A stretch of DNA of 64,000 nt from Phycisphaerae bacterium (GTDB lineage Bacteria; Planctomycetota; Phycisphaerae; UBA1845; Fen-1342): contig CAXXWX010000026.1 in NCBI GenBank assembly GCA_963675745.2, positions 224,001 through 288,000 of the forward strand, written 5' to 3'. Both the position numbers and the translations under genes were made by a program. Under the pieces are notes generated by a model. That model worked only from the letters and a program-made list of their open reading frames with translations. It ran no database searches and had not been told where the DNA came from. Positions 19,460 to 29,239 of this stretch are shown here, piece after piece (within the stretch, counting starts at the first letter, position 1; each line of letters begins with the position of its first letter).

Positions 19460-19646
19460 TGCCGTCCCGCAGGGACGCAATGAACTTAGCCCAGTACGAA
19501 GTGCTGGGGCAATCGTGGCCACGTGAAGACCCAGTCCCACCGGGACGGCTGAGCTTTCAGTCGTCCCGTACGGGACTTGGCGGCCGGGTGCGCGATCCAG
19601 ACCCAGCACTGCGTGCTGGGCTATGTTCAGATGCCCCTACGGGGCG
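19460..19646. mobile_element. Nested palindromic MITE/REP-like element without coding capacity
   Basis: Symmetric arrangement of hairpins: GTCCCGCAGGGAC, AGCCCAGTACGAAGTGCTGGG, GTCCCACCGGGACGGCTGA | TCAGTCGTCCCGTACGGGAC, CCCAGCACTGCGTGCTGGGCT, GCCCCTACGGGGC. Confidence 0.7.
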
Positions 19647-19888
19647 AACAACTCGAAAACCACCGGCGCGGAATTCCCGCCGCAAGTGTCACGGCCCCCC
19701 GTGCGCATCGCGCGAAACACCACGCTGGACACAGCAACCACCCAATTGCTATCCTGCGAATAGCAACATCAACGCGGCTCATCTGAGCCGCCGGACGCTG
19801 CGATACTCACCCGCCGTTGACATTTCGCTTCCGTAGCGGCGGGCAGCGCGTAGCATGCGGATCAAGCAGCGACAAGGGAGGACGGGCG

Positions 19889-22003
19889 ATGAAGCATCTA
19901 TCTTTGGTTGTCGGTTTGATCGTCTACACCGCAACGGCATGGGCGGACACGGTCCTGGTAGAACCGGTCGGTCAAATCGGCGGATTGAGCTTATCCGTCG
20001 CAGCCTCGGGCGATATTGCCTGCGTGGGGACCGGACCACGCCTGACGATTCTGGATGTGTCGGATCGGTCCAACCCGAGATTTCTGGGACAGTCTGGCAT
20101 ACTGCCACGAGTAGTGTCAGGCGTAGTCATCTCGGGTGATCACGCATATGTAACCGATGGGTCCGCGAACATCACGGTGATAAACATCGCGAACCCAGAC
20201 TCCCCCTTCCAGGAAATCGCGTACGAGACCAACCTTAGGCTGATTGACAATCTGGTGGTCTACGGCAATTACGCGTACGTGGTGGGTATCTCGGGCGGTA
20301 TCTCAGGCGGCGTTCAGGTGGTCGACATCTCGGTGCCGGCCAATCCGTTGTCGGTGAGTGAATACCCCACGAGTGGGAGGGCTTGGGACGTGGCGGTTTC
20401 CGGAAACTACGCTTACGTTGCAGACTCGGAAGATGGTCTCGTAGTACTCGACATCTCGAACCCGGCCGCACCGGTCCAAGTAAGCACGTATAATACGGGC
20501 GCGTCTGCCCACGGCGTTGCGATCTCGGGTGATTACGCTTATGTAGTAACGGACGAAGGCCTTCAGATCGTCAACATCGCGGACCCAAACGCCCCGAACG
20601 GCGCCGGTGTATATCCTACGACGACTGTCCATGCCACAACGATTTTGGGCGACTATGCCTACCTCGCGCGCTACCACTCCGGCCTCCAGGTTGTCAATAT
20701 CCAGGATCCGAACGATCCCCGCTGGGTGAGCGACTACGACACGAACGGAAGGGCCGTCGATGTCAGTGTTTCAGGCGACTACGCATATGTCGCAGATGCG
20801 GAAGACGGTCTTCTGGTGCTCGATATCTCGGACCCGGCCGCACCCGACCCGGAGGGCGCGTACGACCAGAGCGGCGAACCCATGGACGTAGCGGTCTCGG
20901 GCAACTATGCCTACGTGACGGATTTCCATGCCGGCCTCTTTGTAATCAACATTTCCGATCCGAACGTACCGGTACTGGAAGCCGCGCATGATACGGCCGG
21001 CGATTTCGCTTGGGGCGTCGCGGTATCGGGTGACTATGCCTACGTAGCGGTTCACGACGCTGGTCTTGAGATAATCGACGCCTCGTTTCCACCTGCCCCC
21101 GAGTGGGCCAGTACGTGTGACACGAGTGGGTCGGCCAGCAGCATAGCGGTCTCGGGCGACTACGCCTTTGTCGCGGATGGCCAAGGCGGCTTTCAGGTAT
21201 GCAATGTCTCCGACCCTGCCGCACCGCACCTGGGAAGTACGCTGCCTACGAGCGGTTATGCCCGTGGCGTCGCGATCTTCGATGACTACGCCTACGTGGC
21301 GGATGGCGACGCTGGCCTTCAGGTAATCGACATTTGGGATCCGAACAATCCGGGCTGGGCGGGTGACTACAACACGAGTGGGCAGGCCTACGCTGTAGCG
21401 ATCTCGGGTGACCACGCCTACCTCGCGGACGGCACCGCCGGCCTTCAGGTGATCAACATCTCGGCCCCGTCCAATCCGGCTTGGGAGGGTGAATGCATCA
21501 CGACCGGAGACGCCCGTGGTGTGGCCGTCTTAGGCGACTACGCCTACGTGGCGGATGCGGGGGCCGGTTTGCACGTGATTGATGTTGCCGATCCGAGCGC
21601 ACCGTCTCGAAAGGGTGGATACGACACGAGCGGGTACGCCTACGGCGTAGCGGTCTCGGGCGACTACGCCTACGTCGGCGATGGGGATGGCGGCCTTGTC
21701 ATTCTGCACGTAACCCCCGACTGCAACGAAAACGGCGTCGCCGACAGCGACGAGATTACCGCCGGTACGAGTATGGACCTCAACGGAAACGGCATCCCCG
21801 ACGAGTGTGAGGCGCTCGGCGATATGAACTGCGATGGCTGGGCCAACAACGGCGACATCGACGCGTTTGTCTTCGCCATGTCGTATCCCGAGCAGTACCC
21901 CGGTGAGTATCCCGATTGCGACATCATGAACGGCGACGTCAACGGTGACGGGTGGGTCAATAACGGCGATATCGACGCGTTTGTGGAGCTGCTCACGCGG
22001 TGA
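19889..22003 (+). CDS. Secreted LVIVD-repeat beta-propeller protein with C-terminal dockerin-like domain
   Basis: Signal peptide; many VAVSGDYAYVADG..GL.VIDISDP repeats; DCNENG..DLNGNGIPDECE motif; GDMNCDG..NNGDIDAFV duplicated Ca-binding motif. Confidence 0.92.
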   Translation: MKHLSLVVGLIVYTATAWADTVLVEPVGQIGGLSLSVAASGDIACVGTGPRLTILDVSDRSNPRFLGQSGILPRVVSGVVISGDHAYVTDGSANITVINIANPDSPFQEIAYETNLRLIDNLVVYGNYAYVVGISGGISGGVQVVDISVPANPLSVSEYPTSGRAWDVAVSGNYAYVADSEDGLVVLDISNPAAPVQVSTYNTGASAHGVAISGDYAYVVTDEGLQIVNIADPNAPNGAGVYPTTTVHATTILGDYAYLARYHSGLQVVNIQDPNDPRWVSDYDTNGRAVDVSVSGDYAYVADAEDGLLVLDISDPAAPDPEGAYDQSGEPMDVAVSGNYAYVTDFHAGLFVINISDPNVPVLEAAHDTAGDFAWGVAVSGDYAYVAVHDAGLEIIDASFPPAPEWASTCDTSGSASSIAVSGDYAFVADGQGGFQVCNVSDPAAPHLGSTLPTSGYARGVAIFDDYAYVADGDAGLQVIDIWDPNNPGWAGDYNTSGQAYAVAISGDHAYLADGTAGLQVINISAPSNPAWEGECITTGDARGVAVLGDYAYVADAGAGLHVIDVADPSAPSRKGGYDTSGYAYGVAVSGDYAYVGDGDGGLVILHVTPDCNENGVADSDEITAGTSMDLNGNGIPDECEALGDMNCDGWANNGDIDAFVFAMSYPEQYPGEYPDCDIMNGDVNGDGWVNNGDIDAFVELLTR

Positions 22004-22086
22004 GCAGGTGCGGCGAGCCGCACGCTACGGAGCCGTGGCACACACTTGTTTGAACTGGCGACGCGCAGCCGCGTATTAACCTGCAT

Positions 22087-23232
22087 ATGAGCGGCTTGAA
22101 TATTATGGCCGGCGCTGCGGCCGTCTTGGTGGCAGCCGTCGCGGCCGTGGTGTGGACATTGAGCTTACGGGGTGGCCCGGCGCGGCTGACAATCACGCGC
22201 TTGGGCTTCACCGCAATTACAACCGGCGGAACAGCGGCCATTACCTGCCTCCTGCTGGCGCTGCTCGTCGCCGGCGCTGGTGGGCGCGGCTGGGCGCTGC
22301 GCGTCGTGTTCTGGTCGCTCATGCTGGCCCCCGCCGTTGTCGGCGTCTGCGTACTGGTCCAGGCCCTGCGTCGATCGCGTGGTTTTGCGCGCGGCTTTGC
22401 CATCACGGGGGCGCTGCTCGGACTGCTGGCCCTCCCCATCGGACTCTACGCCACGCTCATCGAGCCCTATTGGCTGGATGTCAGGAGAGTTGACGTACCC
22501 ATCGCCGGTTGGCCGCCCGACGCGCCGCCCATCCGCGTCGCCGTCCTGGCCGACATCCAGACCGATCAGGTCGGCCCGTACGAGCGCGGCTGGATCGCCG
22601 CGACGCTGGCCGAGAAACCCGACCTCATCATCATGCCCGGCGACTTTTTCCATTGCTGGGGTACGTTGTTCGCCGATCGCCGTCCCGAGTTTGTCGCGCT
22701 GCTGCGGCAACTCGAAGCACCGCTGGGAGTCTATGCCTGTCGCGGCAACATCGATCCCCCGGAGCGCACTCAGCAGTTGTTCCGCGAGACCGGCATCAGA
22801 CTCCTGCGTGACGATGTGTGCGTCGTAAACGCCCCCGGCGTGCGATTGGCGGTGGGCGGGTCCGACTACCGTTACTGGAACAGCAGCGATCCGCCCTTCC
22901 TGCACCAAATGCGCGACGTCGATGCCGATGCCCGCCTGTTAATGTCCCATAAGCCCGACGCCGTGCTGGGCGCACGTTCCGGCGACATGGTGGATCTGAT
23001 CGTTTCGGGACACACGCACGGGGGCCAGGTCGTGATTCCCGGGTTCGGCCCGCCGTTCACAGCGTCGCGTGTACCGCGTGCCGTGGCCGCGGGCGGTGTA
23101 CACCAGGTCGAGGGACAACAGATCTACGTCAGCCGGGGGATCGGCATGGAGCGCATCGGCGTGCCGCCACTGAGGTTCTTCTGCCGCCCGGAACTGACGA
23201 TCCTGACGCTGCGCCCGCCGGCGGGGCACTGA
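22087..23232 (+). CDS. Membrane-anchored metallophosphoesterase (YkuE-like)
   Basis: Four N-terminal hydrophobic helices; ADIQ, PGDF, RGNID, SHKPD, SGHTHGGQ, YVSRGIG, RPELTIL. Confidence 0.88.
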   Translation: MSGLNIMAGAAAVLVAAVAAVVWTLSLRGGPARLTITRLGFTAITTGGTAAITCLLLALLVAGAGGRGWALRVVFWSLMLAPAVVGVCVLVQALRRSRGFARGFAITGALLGLLALPIGLYATLIEPYWLDVRRVDVPIAGWPPDAPPIRVAVLADIQTDQVGPYERGWIAATLAEKPDLIIMPGDFFHCWGTLFADRRPEFVALLRQLEAPLGVYACRGNIDPPERTQQLFRETGIRLLRDDVCVVNAPGVRLAVGGSDYRYWNSSDPPFLHQMRDVDADARLLMSHKPDAVLGARSGDMVDLIVSGHTHGGQVVIPGFGPPFTASRVPRAVAAGGVHQVEGQQIYVSRGIGMERIGVPPLRFFCRPELTILTLRPPAGH

Positions 23233-23318
23233 AACGGGCGGTGTTTGGGGGGACTCCCGCTTGCGCATATTGCATGCTTCATTGGAGGTCCACTCTTTCG
23301 TATCAGGAGTAATCGGAC

Positions 23319-23711
23319 GTGGCCGGAAGACAGATCGCATGCACGCCTATCGCCCGGCCTGTGATCACAGCGCAGACAAACGCGATGCCCCCCACACCGC
23401 GCCCGGCGTACCCGATCGAGCCGCCACGCGCGCAACTGGACGGGCTGTCCGTCGCTTCGGCCGTGTGCGGCTTTACGGCGATCATCCCGGTGATCTCTCA
23501 AGTCGCGGGGCTCGCGCTGGGTATCGCGGGGTTGCTGCGGATCAGACGTGCGCGCCGCGCGGGACGCGTGTTAACCGGCCGCGGGTGGGCGTGGGCCGGC
23601 ATCGTCAGCAGCACGTGCATGTTGTTTGTCTGGCTCATTGTCGTCACGCTGTTGACCATCATCGCCGGCGCATTCCTGCAAATCGGCAACGCGCTGCCGA
23701 TGACCGGCTGA
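23319..23711 (+). CDS. DUF4190-like small membrane protein
   Basis: LSVASAVCG, LGIAGLLRIRR and LTGRGWAWAGIV pattern; CAGGAG before GTG 23319 (alternative ATG 23385). Confidence 0.75.
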   Translation: MAGRQIACTPIARPVITAQTNAMPPTPRPAYPIEPPRAQLDGLSVASAVCGFTAIIPVISQVAGLALGIAGLLRIRRARRAGRVLTGRGWAWAGIVSSTCMLFVWLIVVTLLTIIAGAFLQIGNALPMTG

Positions 23712-24033
23712 ACACCCAAGCACCGGCGTCACTCCTCATCCCGACAGGTTGCAACCTGTCACAATCAGCAATCAGCTTGACACGGCACCAAACTCGTGGA
23801 AGAGTTCTATAAGAGGTGAGTGCGGTGTGAGCGCATAGGCTATCATCGATTCTCATCATCAAGATACATCATCACCTCCACCCACCTGCCTCCCGACAAA
23901 AAACGCCGCAGACAACCCGCAAACGGCTGACGCCGCGCGCTCGTGCCGTGGCGACGGTCGTCAGGTGGCGGCTGTACGCCGCACGCGGCCACCGCTGCGC
24001 CCGGCGCACACCCGCAGCACAGGAGGACTGCTG

Positions 24034-25689
24034 ATGAACCCGCCACGCCGGTCATGGTGCGCACGCGGTTTTTCGTGGTGGCTGCGGCGTAACCCAATGT
24101 ATCTGCTCAGTGCCGGCTGCATGGCGGTCGGCGCACGCCTCTATCTGGTGAGCCCCTCGGCACGCGCCGGCGACCTCGGCCTGATACTGCTGACGATGGG
24201 CGCGCTGCAACTATACGAGTGGCTGGTGCTGGCAATCCTCGTCGCCCTGCGCCGTTTTCGGCGTTCCCCGGAAGACGCGCCCTCGCTCATGCTGGTCGTG
24301 GCTGTGTTCTGGACCGGACCGCTGGCGGCGACCGCCGAAATGGGAGCGCGCGATGCACATCAGGGCTTGATTTTCTCGATCGCCGTCGGGCTGTTTGCAC
24401 TGCTCGAGCTCCTCCTGACACCGCGCGCCCTGACACTGCGCTTCAGCGCGGCCGTCCGCTTCCAGGCGCTGGCGGCCGTTGCCCTGCTGGTCGTCACGCC
24501 ACGCGTGCTCCACGTATACGACGACAGCGGCACAAACGAGCTGTTCCTGTACAGCGTGTGGTGGTGCCTGGCCGCGCTGGCCCTGTTTGCAATCGCGAGC
24601 CTGCGCGCGTCAGCTCGCCACACAGACGGCCACGTGGAGCCGCTCTTCAGTCTGCTGCTGGTCGCCGCGGTTGTAACGCATCTGTACGGCATGAACTACG
24701 CGTTCCTGGGCCATGCGCGCCTGTTTTACGTCGCACCACTGCTGATCGCGTTGTCGGCGGTCGCGTGCGAGTACCTCGGGCAGCGCGGCACACAACCCGC
24801 ATGGCGACATTGCGTCGTAGTCTTGCTGCCGGTTGCCGCGATCGCCGTTTCCTGCCAGCACTTTCACGCGGACTTCCCGGTCAGAGCGATACCGTTCTGG
24901 CTGCGCGACCCGCTGTCAACCGCGCTCATCGGCGCCGCGCTCGCGTGGTGGTTCGGCGCGCAGCGCCTGCGGTCTATCACGCTTGCTCACCTGGGCAGCG
25001 GCGCGCTGGTTGTGGGCCTGCTGCGCGCGACCGGCCGGCTGGTGCCCCAACCGGGGTCCCCGGTTGTAACACCGCTGCCGGGATTGGATGTGCGCGCGGC
25101 CCTCGCCCTGCTGCTTGGCGTCTTGACTGCGTACTTGCTGGTGACCGCTATCCTACGACGCTCACGCGCGGAAGCGCTGCTGGGCCTGATTGCGCTCCAG
25201 CCGGCCATCGGCGCACACTTCTGGGGGCATGAACATCTGCTGTTGGCCCTCGGACTGGTTGGATCGTGGAGCATCCTGCTCGGCCAACATCTGCAATCGC
25301 GCCGACCACGCGCGGCGGCGCTGCTGACTTCGATTGCACTGATGCTGGCAATCTCGTGGATCCACGACCACGACGAGACCGTCTGCTGGCAGGTGCGCGC
25401 CAACATGGCGGCGCTGGTCATGACGCTTTTTGCGGTTGGACATATCTGGCCGGCCACGCGCTACCGCAGCGTCGCCGGCGGCGTTGTGGCCGCCAACGGA
25501 CTCCACGCGACGGCGCGAATCATCGCCGGCGGGCCGCAGCCGGTTGCAACGCTCGTGATTGTGGCGGCGTTTGCCCTGTTGCTCGCGGGGGCCGCGATCA
25601 GTTGGTGTAAACGAGCGCTGCTGGCGCTGACGCACGCGCCCGGCACAACTGAGCCGACGCGTCCACCAACAGCGGACTGCGAGCCATGA
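24034..25689 (+). CDS. Polytopic membrane protein of unknown function
   Basis: Many hydrophobic segments; NPMYLLSA N-terminal motif; AGGAGG before ATG 24034. Confidence 0.8.
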   Translation: MNPPRRSWCARGFSWWLRRNPMYLLSAGCMAVGARLYLVSPSARAGDLGLILLTMGALQLYEWLVLAILVALRRFRRSPEDAPSLMLVVAVFWTGPLAATAEMGARDAHQGLIFSIAVGLFALLELLLTPRALTLRFSAAVRFQALAAVALLVVTPRVLHVYDDSGTNELFLYSVWWCLAALALFAIASLRASARHTDGHVEPLFSLLLVAAVVTHLYGMNYAFLGHARLFYVAPLLIALSAVACEYLGQRGTQPAWRHCVVVLLPVAAIAVSCQHFHADFPVRAIPFWLRDPLSTALIGAALAWWFGAQRLRSITLAHLGSGALVVGLLRATGRLVPQPGSPVVTPLPGLDVRAALALLLGVLTAYLLVTAILRRSRAEALLGLIALQPAIGAHFWGHEHLLLALGLVGSWSILLGQHLQSRRPRAAALLTSIALMLAISWIHDHDETVCWQVRANMAALVMTLFAVGHIWPATRYRSVAGGVVAANGLHATARIIAGGPQPVATLVIVAAFALLLAGAAISWCKRALLALTHAPGTTEPTRPPTADCEP

Positions 25690-25692
25690 TGG

Positions 25693-26205
25693 TCAGCACG
25701 ATTGGCGCAGGTTCAGCAGAAGCTCAACCTCGCCCAGCGGCATATCGAGCGCCTGCGCGATCTGGATTGGTGAGCGCCCGTCATCCGCCAGGCTGCGCAC
25801 CTGCTGGAACTGCTCGGTGTCCGGCACGGTGAATGACGTGTCCTCATCAGCAGCTTGTTGCCCGGGTTCGGCAACAGCGCCGCCGCTCGCGAGCGAGCGC
25901 AGCTTGTTGATGCGCTGGTCGGCGTCGCGGATAAGACACTCCAGCTTGGCCGACTTGGTGTCCAGTTGCGCATTCAGACGCCGCGTGAACTCCTCCAGTC
26001 CGATCATGAGCGTGTCCATCGAGTTACGGACCTCGCGCTCTTCACGCACCTGCTCGAGCATACGCCGCGCCGGATCACCCCGCTGCCGCGCATCGCGGCG
26101 TCCGCGCCGAACGGTCCACAGCCCGATCGCGGCGGCGACAATGACCATGAGAGCCGGAACAAATGAGCTACCCGACCATCCCTCTGCCAAGTGCAGCATC
26201 AGCAC
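25693..26205 (-). CDS. Membrane-anchored coiled-coil protein with C-terminal HTH-like motif (DUF2802/DUF6115-like)
   Basis: N-terminal TM helix, coiled coil, LADDGRSPIQIAQALDMPLGEVELLLNLR. Confidence 0.75.
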   Translation of the reverse strand: MLMLHLAEGWSGSSFVPALMVIVAAAIGLWTVRRGRRDARQRGDPARRMLEQVREEREVRNSMDTLMIGLEEFTRRLNAQLDTKSAKLECLIRDADQRINKLRSLASGGAVAEPGQQAADEDTSFTVPDTEQFQQVRSLADDGRSPIQIAQALDMPLGEVELLLNLRQSC

Positions 26206-26253
26206 GCGCCTCGACCAGGCCGCTCGACCCGGCGGTGGTCGAACAGCGGTGAC

Positions 26254-27441
26254 CTATGACTTGTCCAGCCGGCGCCAGGCGGCCAGCGCGGTCTGCTGGA
26301 CTTCGCTCAGCGTTACGCCATGCGCTCGGGCCTGTGCCGCGCAGTCCTCGTACTCGGGCCAGGCCTTGGTCGTATCCTCGCCGCGGCACGCAACCTTGAC
26401 ATGCACCGTCCCATATGGGGTTTCGACCGCGACACGCCTGCGACTGAGCTTTGTGCGGCGACTCTCCCGCCGACGGACGCCCAATGTCGGCGTATGCGCA
26501 AATATGGCGCTCTCGAGCACCGCCACATCGGCCTGGCGACACAGCACGGTCAGCAACTGTCCGGGCCGACCCTTCTTCATGATTATCGGCACGATGAATG
26601 CATCGAGTGCACCAGCTTCGAAAACCTGCTCCAGCGCGAATGCTAGCGCCTGCCCGGTCGCGTCGTCGACCTGGGCCTCCAGGACCGTGACGACATCCTG
26701 CTCGCAGGCATCGTCGGCCGCCGGGATGCCGAGTATCACGCGCAGGATGTTCGCCCGCGTATCGCCCTCACGCGTGCCCGCGCCGTAGCCAACCCGATCA
26801 ATTGTGATCGGAGGCGGGGCCGTGAAGTCGGTGGCGAGCGTGGTGAGGATCGCGGCGCCGGTAGGCGTGGTCAGTTCACCCGGTTCATCACACGCTGCCA
26901 GCGGCACGCCGCGGAGCAGCTCCGCGGTCGCCGGCGCCGGGACGGGCATCACACCATGCTCACACGTCAGCGTGCCGGAACCGACCGGGATCGGCGAACA
27001 CAGAACGTGCGCGACTTCCAGCGCGTGCAAACCGGCGCACGCGCCGACAATGTCGACGATCGCGTCGGCGGCGCCCACCTCGTGGAAGTGGATCCGCTCG
27101 ACTGTGGTGCCGTGTACCACCGCCTCGGCTTCGGCCAGCCGCCGGAATATGAGCGTGGCCCGCTCGGACACCCAGCCGGGCAGCTCCGCGCCGGCGATCA
27201 TCTCAAGAATCTGCGGAAGGTGGCGATGGTGCCGCCGGGCCTGATCGCCGATCTCGACTCGCGCGCGCAGCGCGGCGATGCCGTGTCGCTTGACCCGCTC
27301 AGTCTCCAGCGAAACCCCTTCGAGCCCGAGCCGCGCGACCGTGTCGCGCAAAACTTCGATCGGGCAGCCGGCATCAACCAACGCCGCCAGGATCATATCC
27401 CCCGCCGCCCCACTGAAGCAGTCAAAGTATATGCACCGCAC
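26254..27441 (-). CDS. larC: Nickel pincer cofactor biosynthesis protein LarC
   Basis: YFDCFSGAAGDM, HFHEVGAADAIVDIVG, HGVMPVPAPAT, ELTTPTGAA, MKKGRPG, PEYED. Confidence 0.96.
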   Translation of the reverse strand: MRCIYFDCFSGAAGDMILAALVDAGCPIEVLRDTVARLGLEGVSLETERVKRHGIAALRARVEIGDQARRHHRHLPQILEMIAGAELPGWVSERATLIFRRLAEAEAVVHGTTVERIHFHEVGAADAIVDIVGACAGLHALEVAHVLCSPIPVGSGTLTCEHGVMPVPAPATAELLRGVPLAACDEPGELTTPTGAAILTTLATDFTAPPPITIDRVGYGAGTREGDTRANILRVILGIPAADDACEQDVVTVLEAQVDDATGQALAFALEQVFEAGALDAFIVPIIMKKGRPGQLLTVLCRQADVAVLESAIFAHTPTLGVRRRESRRTKLSRRRVAVETPYGTVHVKVACRGEDTTKAWPEYEDCAAQARAHGVTLSEVQQTALAAWRRLDKS

Positions 27442-27495
27442 GTGTCATCCTCCGGGTTACCCCCTCGGCGAAGATTGTAGGGCAAAGAGGGAGAT

Positions 27496-27579
27496 GTCAG
27501 AAGTAAGAAACGCGCTGGCGCAAGCAAACCGCCACTCGATCGCGCGTTTCTTACTTCTGACTTCTGACTTGTGACTTCC
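27496..27579. repeat. Perfect 20-bp inverted repeat extended by a (CTTCTGA)n heptamer array
   Basis: GTCAGAAGTAAGAAACGCGC (27496-27515) pairs with GCGCGTTTCTTACTTCTGAC (27542-27561). The array overlaps the stop codon of the upstream gene. Confidence 0.85.
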
Positions 27580-28453
27580 CGTCTACAGCTCGAATCATCG
27601 CCTGCGTGCCCTTCTCACCACCGCCGGGCTCTGCCTCGACGGCGCGGAAGAGCTCTTGTGCGAGCGTGGTGCCGCGCAGCGTCAGGCCGGCTCGCTGAGC
27701 AGCCTCCTGGACTATGCGGAGGTCCTTCTGGATGAGCTTGATCATGAAGGCCGGTGCGAGATCGTCGGCGGCGATCTTGGGGCCGAGATTGCTCCAGGCC
27801 CACGAGCCCCCCGCACCCCCGGCCAGTGTTCTGAGCGTGACGTCGGCGTCGAGGCCATTGCGCTTGGCGAGCGTCAGGGCCTCGCAGACACCGATCATAT
27901 TGGCGGCGCAGAGAATCTGGTTGCAGGCCTTGAGCATCTGGCCGCTGCCGCTGGGGCCGACGTGCACCACGTGCTTACCAAGCAGCGTCAGCAGTGGCAG
28001 AACGCGCTCGAAGGCGGCCTTGTCACCGCCAACCATGATGGTCAGTGTCGCGTTGCGCGCCCCGACGTCGCCGCCGGTAACCGGGGCGTCGAGCAGTGTT
28101 ACGCCGCCCTCCGCCAATCGGCTGGCGAGTTCGCGTGTGCGCTGCGGGCTGATGGTGCTGAAGTCAACGACGCAGGCACCGCCCGCCAACGTCGCGGCCG
28201 CCCCGTTAGCACCGTACAGGACGGCTTCAACATCGGGGGTGTCGGTCACGTTGGTGAACAGAACGCGGCACCGACTGCCCACGTCGGCGGGACTTTCACA
28301 CCACGTAGCACCGGCGTCGATAAGTCCGTTGGCTTTCGTTTTGGTGCGGTTATAGACGAACAGCGAGTGCCCGGCGCGAAGCAGGTGCTCCGCCATGGGA
28401 GCCCCCATGATGCCGGTGCCGATGAAGCCGATCGACCAAGTTGCCTTTGACAT
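27551..28453 (-). CDS. NAD(P)-dependent oxidoreductase, 3-hydroxyisobutyrate dehydrogenase family
   Basis: IGFIGTGIMG, YNRT, DFSTISP, LDAPVTGG, LKACNQ, KDL. Confidence 0.93.
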   Translation of the reverse strand: MSKATWSIGFIGTGIMGAPMAEHLLRAGHSLFVYNRTKTKANGLIDAGATWCESPADVGSRCRVLFTNVTDTPDVEAVLYGANGAAATLAGGACVVDFSTISPQRTRELASRLAEGGVTLLDAPVTGGDVGARNATLTIMVGGDKAAFERVLPLLTLLGKHVVHVGPSGSGQMLKACNQILCAANMIGVCEALTLAKRNGLDADVTLRTLAGGAGGSWAWSNLGPKIAADDLAPAFMIKLIQKDLRIVQEAAQRAGLTLRGTTLAQELFRAVEAEPGGGEKGTQAMIRAVDGKSQVRSQK

Positions 28454-28578
28454 GGACAATCACCGTGACGCGGGATGTCATCGCCCGGACGCCAAAGGCC
28501 ACGAGCGGGACAACACCATCGCACACCGATCGGCGCAATCCGGCGCGCTTCTTAGCTTCCCACTTCGTCCATCCGGCG

Positions 28579-29220
28579 TCATTCGGCCGGCGGAGGCTCT
28601 GCCGAACCCTCAGGCGCCCGGGCCGGGACAGGTTCCTTGACTGGCGCCGTCGCGCTGGTCTCAGCTTTGGCGGCGGCGGCCTCACCCGCCTCTTCCGGTT
28701 CCACAGCCACATCGTCGAACGCATTCGGCACCGGCGTCAGAACCGTCACCATGTGGCGGCCGTCCATGCTCGGGTGCCGCTCGATTTTGACCTTCTCGCC
28801 GAACTCGCTGAGGATGCTTCTGAAAATCTCAAATGCAATCTCGCGATGGAAACGCTCGCGGCCGCGAAACTGCATCGTGAACTGCACCTTGTGGCCCTGC
28901 TTGAAGAATTTGATCGCCCGATTGAGCTTGATCTTGCGATCATTGGTATCCGTCTTCGGCCGCAGACGGACCTCCTTGAGCTGCTGCTCGTGGTGCTTCT
29001 TCTGGTTCTTCTTCTGGCGGTACTTCCATTTGCCGTAGTCCATGATACGGCAGACCGGGGGGCGCGCGCTTGGCGCGACCTCAACGAGGTCCATCCCGGC
29101 TTCACGAGCACGCCGCATCGCCTCGAACGTCTCGACGATGCCGATTTGCTCGTCATTGGCACCGATGAGCCGCACTGGTGATAGACGGATCTGCTCGTTG
29201 GTACGGAGATTCTGGTTGAT
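28579..29220 (-). CDS. infC: Translation initiation factor IF-3
   Basis: NEQIR, DLVEVAP, PPVCRIMDYGKWKY, KEVRLRP, FRGRE; follows thrS. Probable ATC start at 29220 (alternative GTG 29229). Confidence 0.96.
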   Translation of the reverse strand: MNQNLRTNEQIRLSPVRLIGANDEQIGIVETFEAMRRAREAGMDLVEVAPSARPPVCRIMDYGKWKYRQKKNQKKHHEQQLKEVRLRPKTDTNDRKIKLNRAIKFFKQGHKVQFTMQFRGRERFHREIAFEIFRSILSEFGEKVKIERHPSMDGRHMVTVLTPVPNAFDDVAVEPEEAGEAAAAKAETSATAPVKEPVPARAPEGSAEPPPAE

Positions 29221-29239
29221 GGGCGTCACCTTCCTTTCG

